Part shown: in pieces, positions 1-23,820 of the stretch
How the letters are laid out: each line of letters begins with the position of its first letter
Position numbering within the stretch: the stretch's first letter is position 1
DNA from: the human T2T-CHM13v2.0 reference genome, Homo sapiens
Reading direction: 5' to 3' (one strand)
Length of the DNA stretch: 64,000 nucleotides
Assembly (NCBI RefSeq): GCF_009914755.1
Contig: NC_060927.1
Notes under the pieces: generated by a model
What the model was told of the DNA's origin: nothing
Databases searched by the model: none
Seen by the model: only the letters and a program-made list of their open reading frames with translations
Position numbers and translations under genes: made by a program

Positions 1-345
1 CTCTGCTCCAGTCAGCTTGGCATCTCGGCTGTTCCTTGAAGACCTCAGGCACACTCCTTCCCCGGGGACTTTGCACTTGGTCCTACCCCCATCTGGAGTG
101 CTTGTCTTCCTCAGATCATCATGGCTAGTTTCCTCATTTTATTTAGGATTTCTCAGGGCAGACTTTCCTGGCCACTCTGTAATTTTCAACCTATAAACAC
201 ACATGCTTGCACATACCCTTGCCAATACTTCATATCCCCCTTTCTTGCTTTATGTTTTCTTTAGCACTTATTACTCTCTAGCTTGCTATATATTTTATCT
301 ACTTACCTTGCTTCGTGTCTCTTTTCTTCTGTAGAATGAACAAGG
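1..345 (+). mobile_element. LINE-2 (L2a-like) 3' fragment
   Basis: Diverged match to the typical L2 3' end (ctctgctccag...tttgcactt...tttcctggccactct), from recalled consensus. Confidence 0.65.
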
Positions 346-481
346 ACCCCGTTGGTTGTAAGTGAGAAAACCTCATGTGAAGCAGCTTACACCAAGGGCA
401 CTGTCTTGACAGGTGCTCTGGGTGCTCCCTCCTTGAAAGGGCTGATACCTGAGCCTAGGAGGCCAACGAAAATTCTTTAAG

Positions 482-560
482 GGTAGGGTTGCCACATACA
501 ATTCAGGATGTCCAGTTAAATTAGAATTCCAAATAGACAACACATGATTTTTTAATATAA
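482..560. mobile_element. MER53-like hAT MITE half
   Basis: tagggttgcca...caggatgtccagttaaattagaatt resembles the MER53 arm. Confidence 0.55.
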
Positions 561-1753
561 GGGGATACACTCTGCTTCTCCCGTCTGCTTGTCTTTCTCT
601 GCACATCTGCCTCATTGTTCTTCTCCCCTGCAGGGTGGGTTTTGGTTTCTCAGGCTACCTGGAGGGAAATGTTTGCAACCAGCAGTCCCAATGTTGTTAC
701 AGTTCATCAGTTATAAAGGAGCAGTCAAACAAAGACCATAGTGTATTCGTCCCAATGCTCAGGAAGGGGGATTGACACAACAGTCTGGGCGAAAGCTTCC
801 TGTTCACACAACTCATGCAGTGAAGTCACATTGTAAGGTGACAGCTGCCTCCACTGTGACCACATGGATTGAGGCGGCTGGGGTGGGGGGAGTTTGTTCT
901 CAAAAAAGTAACAATGCTTGAGGGACCAAACAAGGACTGAATACACAAAGGGAATTTTGTTTTCCTGGATACAAAAATCACATTATAATGATGTAATAAT
1001 GGTTTAAGGATGGTTTAAGTGCAAGAATGACAAATAAGTGGAAAAGAATTGAGGTCCAAGAGAGATTCATGGATATATTGCCATTTGGTCACAAATGGTG
1101 ACATTTCAAATCACTGGGGAAAGAATGAACTTGAGAGACCCAATAAAATATATGCCAAGAACTGGCCCCTGTGCTCCCTGATGGGAGCACGTTTAATCAT
1201 GAGTGAGTCCTGGACGCTGGATGGGCAAGGGTCCAGGAGAGTGGTGGGAAGGGAGAGTGGTGGGAAGGGGTGCTGATGGTGAGTGAGGATGATTTCTTTT
1301 AGGTATTTGTATGAGTGGGAAGAGAAGCCCATTGCTGGAGAATAGGGTGGGATAAATGCAGGGTTTGTTGTTTTTGTAAAATGAAAAGACATAAATGTGA
1401 TGAAAAGGGCCCAGTGAACAGGGAAAGGTTCTAATTGAGTAAGAGAAAGAGTATAGCTGTAGCATAAGGTTGCCAAGAGTGAGGGCAGGGTCCCTGGTGA
1501 GGACATGTTTGCTGGGAGGGAGACCTTCCCTCCTCTGTACCTGGACGGCAGAAGAGGGCACTGGAGATGCAGGCTGGCAGATCTGTTGGAGGGATGCTGA
1601 GAAAAAGCCACATAATGAATTCTGTGTTTTCTCTGGGAAGCAGGAGCACAGGTCAGTGTATGAATGTTGTGGGGTAGGGGGATGTGGAGAGGCAGAAGTT
1701 TGTGGAAAGTGGGAAAATGTTTGCTCTACAGAGCAGGGAGGCAGCTGTCTAAA

Positions 1754-1915
1754 GCAGTGGTCCTCATGCTTGAGCATGGATCAGAATCTCCTGGAGGTCT
1801 TGTTAAGGCACAGGTCCCTGGGCCCCACCTCCAGAGCCCCAGAATTTGCATTTCCAACAAGTTTCCAGCCAACACTGATGCTGCTGGTTCCTCACCTCCA
1901 ACTTTGAGAACCATT
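1754..1915. mobile_element. MER5A-like DNA transposon remnant
   Basis: cagtggtcctca...atcagaatctcctggaggtcttgttaa...tttgagaaccatt, the typical MER5A termini and body. Confidence 0.7.
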
Positions 1916-2679
1916 AGTTTAGAGTAGAGAAAGGAAAGCAGGAACGCTGAGGTGAAGTTAAGGATCAGGAAGGTTTCTTTTTGTTTACCTACCTTGCCCT
2001 GAAATAGAGACACATGTAAGACAAGGGATCATGCTCATTCAGGACTGGGATTCTATGAAGGGGCATGAAGGAAAGACATAGGGTGGTGGAGCTTAGGAAA
2101 TGTGAATGGGAGTGATTGATCCTAGCTAGGTATAGAGGGACCTGAAGATAGGAGAGAAAACTGGAGAGGTGCTCCTGACAATTGCTAGCCATTTCCACCT
2201 AAGTGTCATAACACTGATTTTGGATGTGCTCAGCATTCTTAAAAAGAATGTACCTTGAACCCAGAGAAACATTTTTCATGGGATTAGGGGAACAAATGTA
2301 TAGTGATATACATTCACTTCATTAATCCTGAGTAGACATATAGAAGTGTGATAAAATTCCTGCAAAATCACCTTTCATGCTGATTTTAATCTCCGATATT
2401 GTGAGTTTGGATCCAATCAGAGAGTCACCCCTTGCACATCCCTGTTAACGGGAGAACACAAGCACCTCCTCTGGAGAGACTAATTAGTATTTAAAATAAG
2501 GACCCAAACAATGGTTGTCCATAGTAGAAATAAGTAAGCAGTTTTCTTTGTCCATGACATTTTCCCCTATAATTCCCAGGGGTTGTGTGGGCATTGCAGG
2601 TGTTGGTGTGGAAGTGTTGGGCATGTGGGGAAGGGGTATGAGGCTCAAAGTGTGTTCCTTGTGGTGTCTCCCTCCCACT

Positions 2680-5600
2680 CCTGTAGTATAGTAAAAGTCA
2701 GGTACTGTGATACCCCCAGCTTTGTTCTTTATGCTCAGGATTGTTTTGGCTATTTGGGGTCTTTAGTGATTCCATATAAATTTTACAATTTTTTTTTCTA
2801 TTTCCATGAAGAATGCTGTTGTTATTTGAGAGGGATTACATTAATTCTACAGATTGCTTTGTGTAGTATGGCCATTTTTACAATGTTAATTTTTCCAATC
2901 CATGAACATGGGATGTCTTCCCGTTTATTTGTGTCCTCAATTTTCTTCATCACAGTTTTATAGTTTTTAGTGTAGAGATCCTTCACCCTCTTGATTAAGT
3001 TTATTCCTAGTTATCTTTTTTGGTAGCTATTGTAAATGGAATTATTTTCTTGATTTCTTTTTTAGTTTATTATTAGCGTATGAAAATGATACTGATTTTT
3101 GTATGCTGATTTCATATTCTGCAACTTTACTAAATAGTTTATTAGCTCTAAGTTTTTTTGATGGAGTTTTTAGGGTTGTCTTTATATAGGATTATGACTC
3201 CTCCAATGATAATTTGACTTCCCTCTTTCCAAATCGGATGCCTTTTCCCTATTTTTTCTCCTTCCTAACTGTTGTTACTAGTATTTCCAATATTAAGATG
3301 AATAGAAGTGGTGAAAGTGAGCATCCTTGATCTCTTCCTGATCTTAAAGGGAAAGGTTTCAGCTTTTCCTCCTTCAGTATGATGTTAGCTATGGGTCTGT
3401 AATAGGTGGTCTTTATTGTGTTGAGGTACATACTTTCTGTACTTAATTTGTTCAGTTTTTATCATGAAGTGAGGTTGAATTTTATCAATGCCTTTTTTGT
3501 GTCTATTCAAATAATCATATGGTTTTTGTCTTTTATTCTATTAATGTGGTGTATCCCATTTGTTGATTTGTCTATGTTAAATCATCCTTGCATTTCTGGG
3601 GTGAATCCCACTTGATTATAGTGAATGATCTTTTTAATGTGCCATTTGATTGCATTTACTAGTATCTTCTTGAAATGTTTGCATCTATATTCATTGAAGG
3701 TGTTGATCTGTAGTTTTCTTTTATTGTTGTGTCCTTGTCTGGTTTTGGAATCAGGATAATTCTGGCCGTATAAAATGAGTTTTAAAATATTCTCTCCTCT
3801 TCAATTTTCTGAAATAGTTGGAGGATAATTAATGTTAGTTCTTCTTTAAATGTTTAGTGGAATTTAGCAGTGAAGCCATTGGGTCCTGGGCTTTTCTTTG
3901 ATGGAAGATTTTTTATTACTGATTCAATTTTCTCACTTATTACTGGTCTGTGCCTATTTTCTATTTCTTCTTAATTTAATCTTGGTAGTTTTTAATGTGT
4001 CCAGTAATTTACCTATTTCTTCTATGTTATCAAATTTGTTGGCATATAATTATTCATAACAGTCTCTTATGATCTTTCATGTTTCTGTGGTATCAGTTAT
4101 AATGTCTCCTCTTTCATTTCTGATTTTATTCATTTGAATCTTCTCTTGTTTTCTTTGTTTAGCTAAAGGTTTCTCAATTTGGTTTACCTTTTCAAAAAAC
4201 CAAATCTTTGTTTTGTTAATTTTTTTGAACTGTTTCTTTAATCTCTATTTCATTTATTTCTGCTCAGAGTTTTATTATTTTCTTCCTTCTACCAATTTCA
4301 GGTTTAGTTTGTTCTTGTTTTTCTAGTTCTTTGAGGTGCACAGTTAGGTTGTTTATTAGAAATCTTCTTTCTTGATGTAGATGTTTATTGCTAAAAATTT
4401 CCCTCTTAGAACTGCTTTTGCTGTGTCTCATAGGTTTTAGTACGATGTGCTTCCATTCTCATTTGTCTTAAGGATTTTTAAATTTTCCTTTTTAATTTCT
4501 TCATTGACTCACCAGTGGTTTAGAAGCATGATGTTTAATATATATGTAAAGATTCTGAAGTTTTTCTTACTGTTGATTTTTAGTTGTATACCATTGTGGT
4601 TAGAAAAAATACTTTGTATGATGTCTGTCTTCTTAAATTTGTTAAGACTTGTTTTGTGGCCTAATGTGATATATCCTAGAGAATGTCCCATGTGCAGTTG
4701 AGAAGAATGCATACTTTGCAGCTGTTGGATGGAATGTTCTGTAAATATCTTTTAGGCCAATTTGATCTATGATGCAGTTAAAGTCTTTTTTCTTTTTGCT
4801 TATTTTTTGTCTAAATAATCTGTTCATTGTCAGAAGTTGAGTGTTGAAGTCCTCTATTATCACTGTATTACAGTTTATCTCTCCATTTAGGTGTAATAAT
4901 ATTTGCTTTATATATTTGGGTGCTCCACTATTGGATGCATATCTACTTACAATTGTTATATCTTCTTGTTGAATTGATCCCTTCATCATTATCATCATCA
5001 TATAATGACCTTCTTTGTCTCTTTTTATAGGTTGTTTTTGTTGTTGTTGCTGTTGTTCGAGACAGGGTCTGGCTGTGTCACCCATGCTGGAGTGCAGTGA
5101 TACGAACTTGGCTCACTGCAACCTCTGCCTCCTGGGGTCAAGCCATCCTCCCACCTTAGTTTCCTGAGTAGCTGAGACTACAGATGCTTGCCACCAAGCT
5201 CGGCTAATTTTTTTGTATTTTTTGTGGAGACTGGGTTTCACCATGTTGCACAGGCTGATCTCAAACTCCTGAGCTCAAGCAATCTCCCTGCCTTGGCCTC
5301 CCAAAGTGCTGGGATTACAGGCATAAGCCACCATGCCTGGCCTCTTTTTACAATTTTTGACTTAATGTCTATTTTATCTGATGTAATATGGCTACTTCTG
5401 CTTGCTTCTGGTTTCTATTTGCATGGAATATCTTTTTCCATCTTTTCACTTTCAGTCTATGTTTGTCTTTAATGGTGAGGTGAGTCTCTTGTAGAGAGCA
5501 CATAGTTGAGTCTTATTTACTTAGCCACCCTCTATCTTTTAATTTGAGAATGTAACCCATTTACATTCAAAGGCTGTTACTGATAGATAAGAACTTACTC

Positions 5601-6787
5601 CTGACATTTTTGTTAATTGTTTTCTGGTAGTTTGGTAGATTCTTTGTTTCTTTATTCCTCTTTTTTTGTTTACTTCTGTGGTTTGGTGGTTTTCTGTGGT
5701 TTCTCTTTCTTATTTTTGTATCTGCTGTGATTTATTTATCTGTGGTTACCATGGGGCTAATGTCAGTCTTGTAAGTATAATAGACAATTTTAAGCTGATA
5801 GCAACTTAACTTTGGCTGCATAAAAGTACGCATTTTCCTTCCCACAGTTAATATTTTTGTTGCCCTAATTTACTTCTTTATCTATGATGTGTTCCTCAGC
5901 CACTAATTGTAGTTGTTTTTTAACCATTTAACTTTAAATCTTCATACTAGAAGACTGAGAGTTTTACATAGCACCATTATATCATGGAGTATTCTTAGTT
6001 TGATTTATTTAATTACTTCTACTGGTAAGTTTTATATTTTAATGTGTTTTTAATGACAGTAATTATCATCCTTGTGTTTCTTGTTGTAGCACTCCTTTAA
6101 ACATTTCTTGTAAGGCTGGTCTTAGGGGTGATGAATTCTCTTAACTTTTGCTTGTCTGTGAAGGACTTTATTTCTTCTTCATTTCTGAGGGATAACTTTG
6201 TGGGACACAATATTCTTGGTTGACAGTTTTTTTTTCCTCTCAGCACTTTGAATATGTCATGCCATTCTCTCCTGGTCTGCAAAGTTTCTGCTGAGAAATA
6301 TGCTGATAGTCTGATAGGAATTCCCTTAGATGTGACTTGTCACTCTTCTCTTGTGGCTTTTAGAATTTTCACTATCTTTGACTTTTGACAGTTTGATTAT
6401 AATGTTCCTCAGAGAGAATCTTTTTGGGTTGAATCTAGATGGAGACCTTTGGGTCTCCTGAATCTGGATGTTCATATCTCTTACTATATTTGAGAAGTTT
6501 TTAGCTATTATTTCATTAAATTGGTTTTCTGTGACTTTCTTAGTCTCTTCTCATCTGATATGTCTATAATGTGAATATCTGTTCACTGAATGGTGTCCCA
6601 TAAGTACCATAGGGTTTCTTCATTCCTTTTTATTCTTGTTTTTTTTTTTTTCTCTCTGACTGGGTTACTTTAAAATAACTATCTTCAAGTTCAGAACTTC
6701 TTTCTTTTGCTTGATTTAGTCTGTTGATGAAGCACTTAATTGTATTATTTTATTTTATTCATTGAATTTTTTCAGTTCACAATATCT
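2680..6787 (-). mobile_element. Old LINE-1 (L1PB/L1MA-age), ORF2 and ORF1 remnants; continues at 13000-13245
   Basis: Minus-strand ORF fragments with L1 RT motifs (3249-3431), EN motifs (4509-5085) and ORF1 motifs (6097-6282); heavily frameshifted. Confidence 0.85.
5031..5343 (-). mobile_element. Alu (J/S-type) with (TTG)n-derived tail, inside the old L1
   Basis: Antisense Alu dimer sequence. Confidence 0.9.
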
Positions 6788-6796
6788 GTTTGGTTC

Positions 6797-12984
<6,188 letters not shown>

Positions 12985-12999
12985 GTTTGGTTCTTTTAT

Positions 13000-13245
13000 A
13001 TGATATCTCTTTGTTGATTTTTTTCATTCAGATCATGGATTGTTTTCCTGATTTCATTGAATTGTTTGTCTGTGTTCTCTTGTATCCCACTGATCTTCCT
13101 TAAGATCAATATTTTTAAATTTCTTTTCAGGTATTTTGTAAATTCCTCTTTCTTTGTGGCCTCTTACTGGACATTTATTGTGGTGTCATATTCTCTTGCT
13201 TTTTCATGTTTCTTATGTCCCTACATTGATATCAGCACATCTAGC
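13000..13245 (-). mobile_element. Continuation of the old LINE-1 interrupted by the full-length L1
   Basis: T-rich L1 ORF1-region sequence resumes right after the TSD. Confidence 0.7.
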
Positions 13246-15396
13246 GAAATGAGCTTCTATCTCAAGTTCCTCATCTACCCAGTGAGCTACCAGATTGACT
13301 CTTCCAGCTCATTTAGTTGCCAGAGCTGAAGAACCCAGCAGAAGGCAGATCTTCTCTCCAGCCTAGAACTCAGTCCTAGAGGGGACAGGAAGGGCCCCTG
13401 GCTCATGAGCTTCCTACCCAGGAGTTTCTGGGGACAGGACCTCACTCCTTCTGGAAATGGCATTTTCACATCAAGTCCTATGTTCTCTCCTTGAAGTTTT
13501 CCCTCAGGAAGCCATGGGCATGCCTATCCTTTATGCTGGGCTTCTGGAAGACTCTCCCCTGGAGTTTCACCTGCTACAAATCTTCAGACTCTGTTATCCA
13601 AAGCCCAGAGACTGCTGGCTATGGTGGGCTTGTGGTTCTACCACCAATTTTCTATACCAGGAGAGTCAACCTTGCAGTCCTAAGTGGCACAGACCTGAGG
13701 CAGGAGCCTGTAGACCCTGGTCCAACAGGGGTCTTTCAATGGCACTGGGGAAGAGCTGTCAAGAACCCCACCTCTGCTTTGTCCCAATTCTAAGAACCTG
13801 GAAAGAAAGCCAGAGCAAATAATTAATGTTTAACATTTCAATATATTTGGGATACTAATGGATCCCTTTGAAGATTAATAAAAGCCAGGAACTCTCATTC
13901 TAGTAACACACACACAAGCATGCATACACACACATGTTTACATACAATTTTTGTGCATTCATAGCTTCAGTTCAGTGATTCTTCTGTGACCTCACACTGC
14001 CTTTCCCTGAGTGGTAGAAGTGTAGGGATGGAGATTTGTTGATCTGATTTTAAGTAGATGCTACCCTAGGGGGTTGGTAAGTCTTATTAAATTGTACATG
14101 TATACACTTTACATATATGTACTTAAAAGGCCTATCTGTGAGGAATATTTAAAACAACTAAAAGGGTAAAATCATTCCATTGTAGAAACCAACAGTTGAC
14201 ACCAATTATTTGCAAATCTGTATAGGTCAGAGATTTACTTTGGACAGCTGAGAAAACTGGTGAACTTTGATCTTCTTTTTCCATGGACCCTGAGGACATT
14301 AAACAAGGGAGTTTGCTCTGGAGGCAGTAGAAGGATCAGTGATCAGTTTACTTTGGCCCTAGGAGCACTGGACTCTGTTCAGCTTAACCAGCTGAACAGA
14401 GCTGATTCAGCTCATGGGCCTATCTGAAGGTCTTGGGACTTGACCTGTCTTGGTGAAGGAGCAATGGGAAGTACAATCCTTAAATAATGTTGGAAGAAAT
14501 TGTGAATAACACTTTTCAAGAAAGTGTGTTACAGGACAGTGGGGACAGCTCAGGCTATTGAGTTCATAGTCCTAGATTCTAGCTTTCCATCTTGCTGGAC
14601 AGCCTACCAGTTATGTCCTCCAGCTGAGCTCAGCTTTTGTCTCTGTAAAACCACTTCTCTATACTAAATGGTCTCTCAGGGTGTATTTTGCCAAAGGGCC
14701 CAGCAGCAATGGAGGGAGACATAAAGCAGTCACACAGAATAACTTCATTAGTTCACTGAATGTGTATTTGGTATGTAGTCTATGTTGGGTGTTCTGTAAT
14801 AATGATAGTTGTCATCACCATCTATTGGTGTCATTACCATCTATTGGTCAGACAGAGCAAGCAATCTAATAGCAATGTGAGCAATCTTCAGAATGACAAG
14901 GTAGACATTTGTACTCCTATTACTAATGAGAAAACAGAGCCTCAGAGTAGTTAAGTAACTTGTCCGGTATGATGCAGCTACTCAGTGGTCTAACATCCAA
15001 ACCCAAGAGTCTTTGACTCCAATCCCATGCCCATTTTATTACTGTACGGATTGCATGTGACAATACTCAGTGAATGAATGGACAGGTGACTGTTAATAGA
15101 AGGTGGGCATAGGGAACTAGTATACAGAGAAAAAGTCCTGCTAGGATCTGTCTGCTCTGTTCTCTGTGATGGACTTCCTAGGACTTAGTGGTCAGCATCC
15201 TTGCAGGGTCCTTGATGTAGTGGGACCTGAGGGGCTGGGCTCAGGAGCTGTGCACATGGGACTTAGAAGGGGAAGATATTGGTCAGGATATAAATAAAAA
15301 TTAGAGGAAAAATGCTAAGGTGCTGGATACTGTACTAGGTGATTTACAGTAATTACTAATTTAGATCTCACAATAACTCTATGAAGCAGGCATTAT

Positions 15397-15996
15397 TGAG
15401 AGGTGAAGCTGGCTGGGCTTCTGGGTCGGGTGGGGACTTGGAGAACTTTTCTGTCTAGCTAAAGGATCATAAATGCACCAATCAGTGCTCTGTGTCTAGC
15501 TAAAGGTTTGTAAATGCACCAATCAGCATGCTGTCAAAACGGACCAATCAGCACTCTGTAAAACGGACCAATCAGCACTCTATAAAATGGACCAATCAGC
15601 TCTCTGTAAAATGGACCAATCAGCAGGATGTGGGTGGGGCCAAATAAGGGAATAAAAGTAGGCCACCAGAGCCAACAGTGGCAACCCACTCCGGTTCCTT
15701 TTCACAGTGTGGAAGTTTTATTCTTTTGCTGTTTGCAAGAAATCTTGCTGCTGCGCACTGTTTGGGTCCACACTACCTTTATGAGCTGTAACAGTCATCA
15801 TGAAGGTCTGCAGCTTCATTTCTGAAGTCAGCAAGACCACCAGCACACCAGAAGGAAAAAACTCCAGACACGTCTGAACATCAGAAGGAAGAAACTCTTG
15901 ACACACCGTCTTTAAGAACTGTAACACTCGCTGCAAGGGTCTGCAGCTTTGTTCTTGAACTCAGCGAGACCAATGAACCCACCAATTCCGGACACA
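15397..15996 (+). mobile_element. Solo ERV9 LTR (LTR12 family, LTR12F-like) inserted in a MIR
   Basis: TG...CA termini (tgagaggtgaag...ccggacaca), 4-bp TSD TTAT (15393-15396 / 15997-16000), six tandem CCAATCAG units, AATAAAA TATA-like box near 15651. Confidence 0.9.
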
Positions 15997-17179
15997 TTAT
16001 GATCCTCATTTTCTAGATGGGGAATTGGGGCACTGAGAGCTTGGGTGACTTGCCTAATTCACTGTCCAACCTGAAAGTCTTGGTGTATAGAAGTGAACGA
16101 CCAAGCCACTGTAGCTTTAGTGGTGTCTTCAGTCAGGGAGAACCAGGGCCAGGATCTTCTCTTGTCCTAATTCGTGCAGTTATGATCTTGTCCTGTGTTT
16201 ACTGAATGCCACTTCTACCAACGCTATGTTCCTGCCTTGCAGTGTGAAGATTATTTCCAAATTCAGATCTAGGAATAAACCCCACTTCTGGGGGCCCATT
16301 CATCTATCAGAATTTATTCTTTTGTTTAAAATCCAAATTATTTGACACCTGTTGTCCCAGCCCACTTTATGCCATGCTGTCAAAATTTCACAGCCTTCCT
16401 TTCCACTCCCGAGCATCTACTATCTCACCTGGGAGAGGGGGCCTGTGGAGGAAGGGGCTGAAGCAGCTGCTGTGACACAGGCTGCCTATTTCACAGTTTG
16501 GGGCACAAAACTCGTGTGTCCCCATCCCTGACTACTAACCTCCTTCCCATCTTTGCCAAGCCTGCCGAGGTGTCCTGTAAATAGTGTGTCAGGGAAGGCT
16601 AGCATTCCTGCACACCTGCCTTTGATCAGGGACCTTTGTTCCTTTACACATGAGAGTTCCCAGAGTGCGCTGGGCTCCAGGGTCAGTGGCCCTTCTAGCT
16701 GTCAGCCTGGGGGGTCAAGTGGAACTGGGTGAGATTGAAAATATGGTGATGAGAAAAGGGGTTTCTTAGCCGGGTACATCTCTGTCTTAAAATGAGAACA
16801 GACAGCTCCTGGTCTGTCCCAGTTGTAGAAGAAGGACTGAGTTAAGGAGAAGGAGCCCTTGGCTTTGTAACATTGAACAATGCTGAATATCTCTGCTCCG
16901 TTATTCCTCCATTCTGCACACAATCCTATCTGCCCTTCACAGTCCTGTAGAGGAGATGATTAAAAGGCTGGCTGCTCCCTTTCTTCTTTCATTTCCCTAC
17001 CTTTCTCTTGTTTCCATTTTCTTTCCTTCCTTAAAAAACAAAAAAAACAAAAAAACATGTATTTATTCTATTCTCGTTCCTTTGCTTGAGGTGGCTATGG
17101 GCAGTGGCTCCTGAGACACTGGGGTGAAGCAGGCAGTGGGAGGATCAGGAGGTTGTTTATGTACAAGAGAAATGAGCAA

Positions 17180-18255
17180 AGAGCTGAAAATAGTGAGCAC
17201 ACTGGGACTGCGGTTTCTCATGGCCAGAGAAGGGAGCTGCACATATGGGGAGGAAGACAGCTAGAATATCTGCAGTGCTGTTCAGTTGGAATTGAGGGAT
17301 CAGTGTGAACTCATGGTTGTGTAAGGGTGTGGGACAGGTATAGACGTGTGTGTGTTTCTGTGTCCCCTAGCTCTGTCTGGAGAGCCTAGTATCAATGATT
17401 CTGCAACAAGAATTACCACACCTGGCACCCAGAATTTGCTTTCTAAATACCGTTCTCCACTAAAAGGTTACGTCCGTCACCTTAGAGAAGGAGATTCTAG
17501 AAATAGAGATCCCAGAGCTGGTACAGGGAAGGTACAAAGTAGGCTTGAATGTCTTGTTCTATCAGAAAGTGAAGTGCTTAAAAAATGTTGAGGCTTGTCA
17601 CAGGTCTGCAGGAGCCAGCTGGAAATGCCTCCAATTGGCCACATGTGCAACAGTTTGAGCACTGAACTAGATAATGTCAGTAACTGGCTATAACCCACCA
17701 AACAAAACAGGAACTCACGAGTCCATGCAGATATAAACAAGTCATAGAAAAAACTAAACAGATGAAGAAAGGGAAGTTCTTCCTTACCTCAGAATGCTAA
17801 TTAATAAGCATAGAAGAAGTGATATCTGAAAATCCTCATTTTGCAATCAATGTAGTACTAATTCATTCTGTGAATCATTAAGAACACAGCATTGTGTCTG
17901 TGATATTGCTGCCAAAAATGCACAACCTGAGTCAAATCATGTGGTGATGCCACAAAAACCCAAATGGAGAGTTTCTTAAAAAAAAAAAAAACCTGTTAAA
18001 TACAAAATCACACCATGAGAACACAGACCAGCCAAATCCAGAATGTTGGAAATTCCCAAGGACAAGTGATCCAGTTTATTTGACAAGTATGCAACATAAA
18101 ATGCTGCCAATTGTTTAGAGTGAAAGAGATTTAAGAGTTAAATGTAACATGTGGACCTTCTTTGGGATCCAGTTTGAACAACCTAACACTTTTTTAGACA
18201 ACAAGGGTAATTGCTATATTGACTGAGTATTAGATGATAATAAGAAAAAATTGTG
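17180..18255 (+). mobile_element. Ancient LINE-1 3' end (L1MC-type)
   Basis: Diverged L1MC 3'UTR-like motifs (aaatgtaacatgtggacctt...gactgagtattagatgata). Confidence 0.55.
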
Positions 18256-18525
18256 CTGTTGTCCCAGCACTTTGGGATGCTGAGGCGGGTGGATCACGAG
18301 GTCAGGAGTTCAAGACCAGCTTGGTCAAGATGGTGAAACCCCGTCTCTACTAAAAATACAAAAATTAGCCAGGCGTGGTGGCAGGTGCCTGTAATCCCAG
18401 TGACTCGGGAGGCTGACACAGAGAATTGCTTGAACCTGGCAGGCAGAGGTTGCAGTGAGCCAAGATCACACCACTGCACTCTAGCCTGAGCAACTGAGCA
18501 AGACTCCATCTCAAAAAAAAAAAAA
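18256..18525 (+). mobile_element. 5'-truncated AluS
   Basis: Alu body with A tail; TSD aagaaa(a/t)aattgtg at 18242-18255 and 18526-18539. Confidence 0.9.
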
Positions 18526-18539
18526 AAGAAATAATTGTG

Positions 18540-23570
<5,031 letters not shown>

Positions 23571-23820
23571 GGCATGATCTCAGCTCACTGCAACCTCTGC
23601 CTCCCGGGTTTAAGTGATTCTCGATTCTCATGCCTCAGCCTCCCGAGTAGGTAGGACTACAGGTACATGCTACCATGCCCGGCTAATTTTTGTATTTTTA
23701 GTATACACGGGGTTTCACCATTTTGGCCAAGCTGGTCTCGAACTCCTGACCTTAAGTGATCCTCCCGCCTTGGCTTCCCAAAATGCTGGTATTACAGGCA
23801 TGAGCCACCGTGCCCAGCCT
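23571..23820 (-). mobile_element. AluS lacking its 3' end and tail, fused to the L1 3'UTR
   Basis: Antisense Alu begins abruptly at ggcatgatctcagctcactgc. Confidence 0.88.

Noticed and set aside
600-950. Splice-acceptor-like site (~633) and 73-aa minus-strand ORF as an exon of the neighbouring transferrin-like pseudogene
   Set aside because: I found no recognisable transferrin motif in the frames I translated, and no supportable donor site.
13250-13822. Overlapping 100-121 aa ORFs in apparently unique sequence
   Set aside because: No recognisable homology or exon structure; lengths are compatible with chance. A tblastx search would settle it.
14376-14413. Two short adjacent hairpins (tgttcagct/agctgaaca; gagctga/tcagctc)
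   Set aside because: The stems are too short to distinguish from chance and match no RNA gene signature.
15470-15625. Regularly spaced ~24-bp repeats resembling a CRISPR array
   Set aside because: These are the tandem CCAAT units of LTR12 U3; there are no unique spacers, and the context is eukaryotic.
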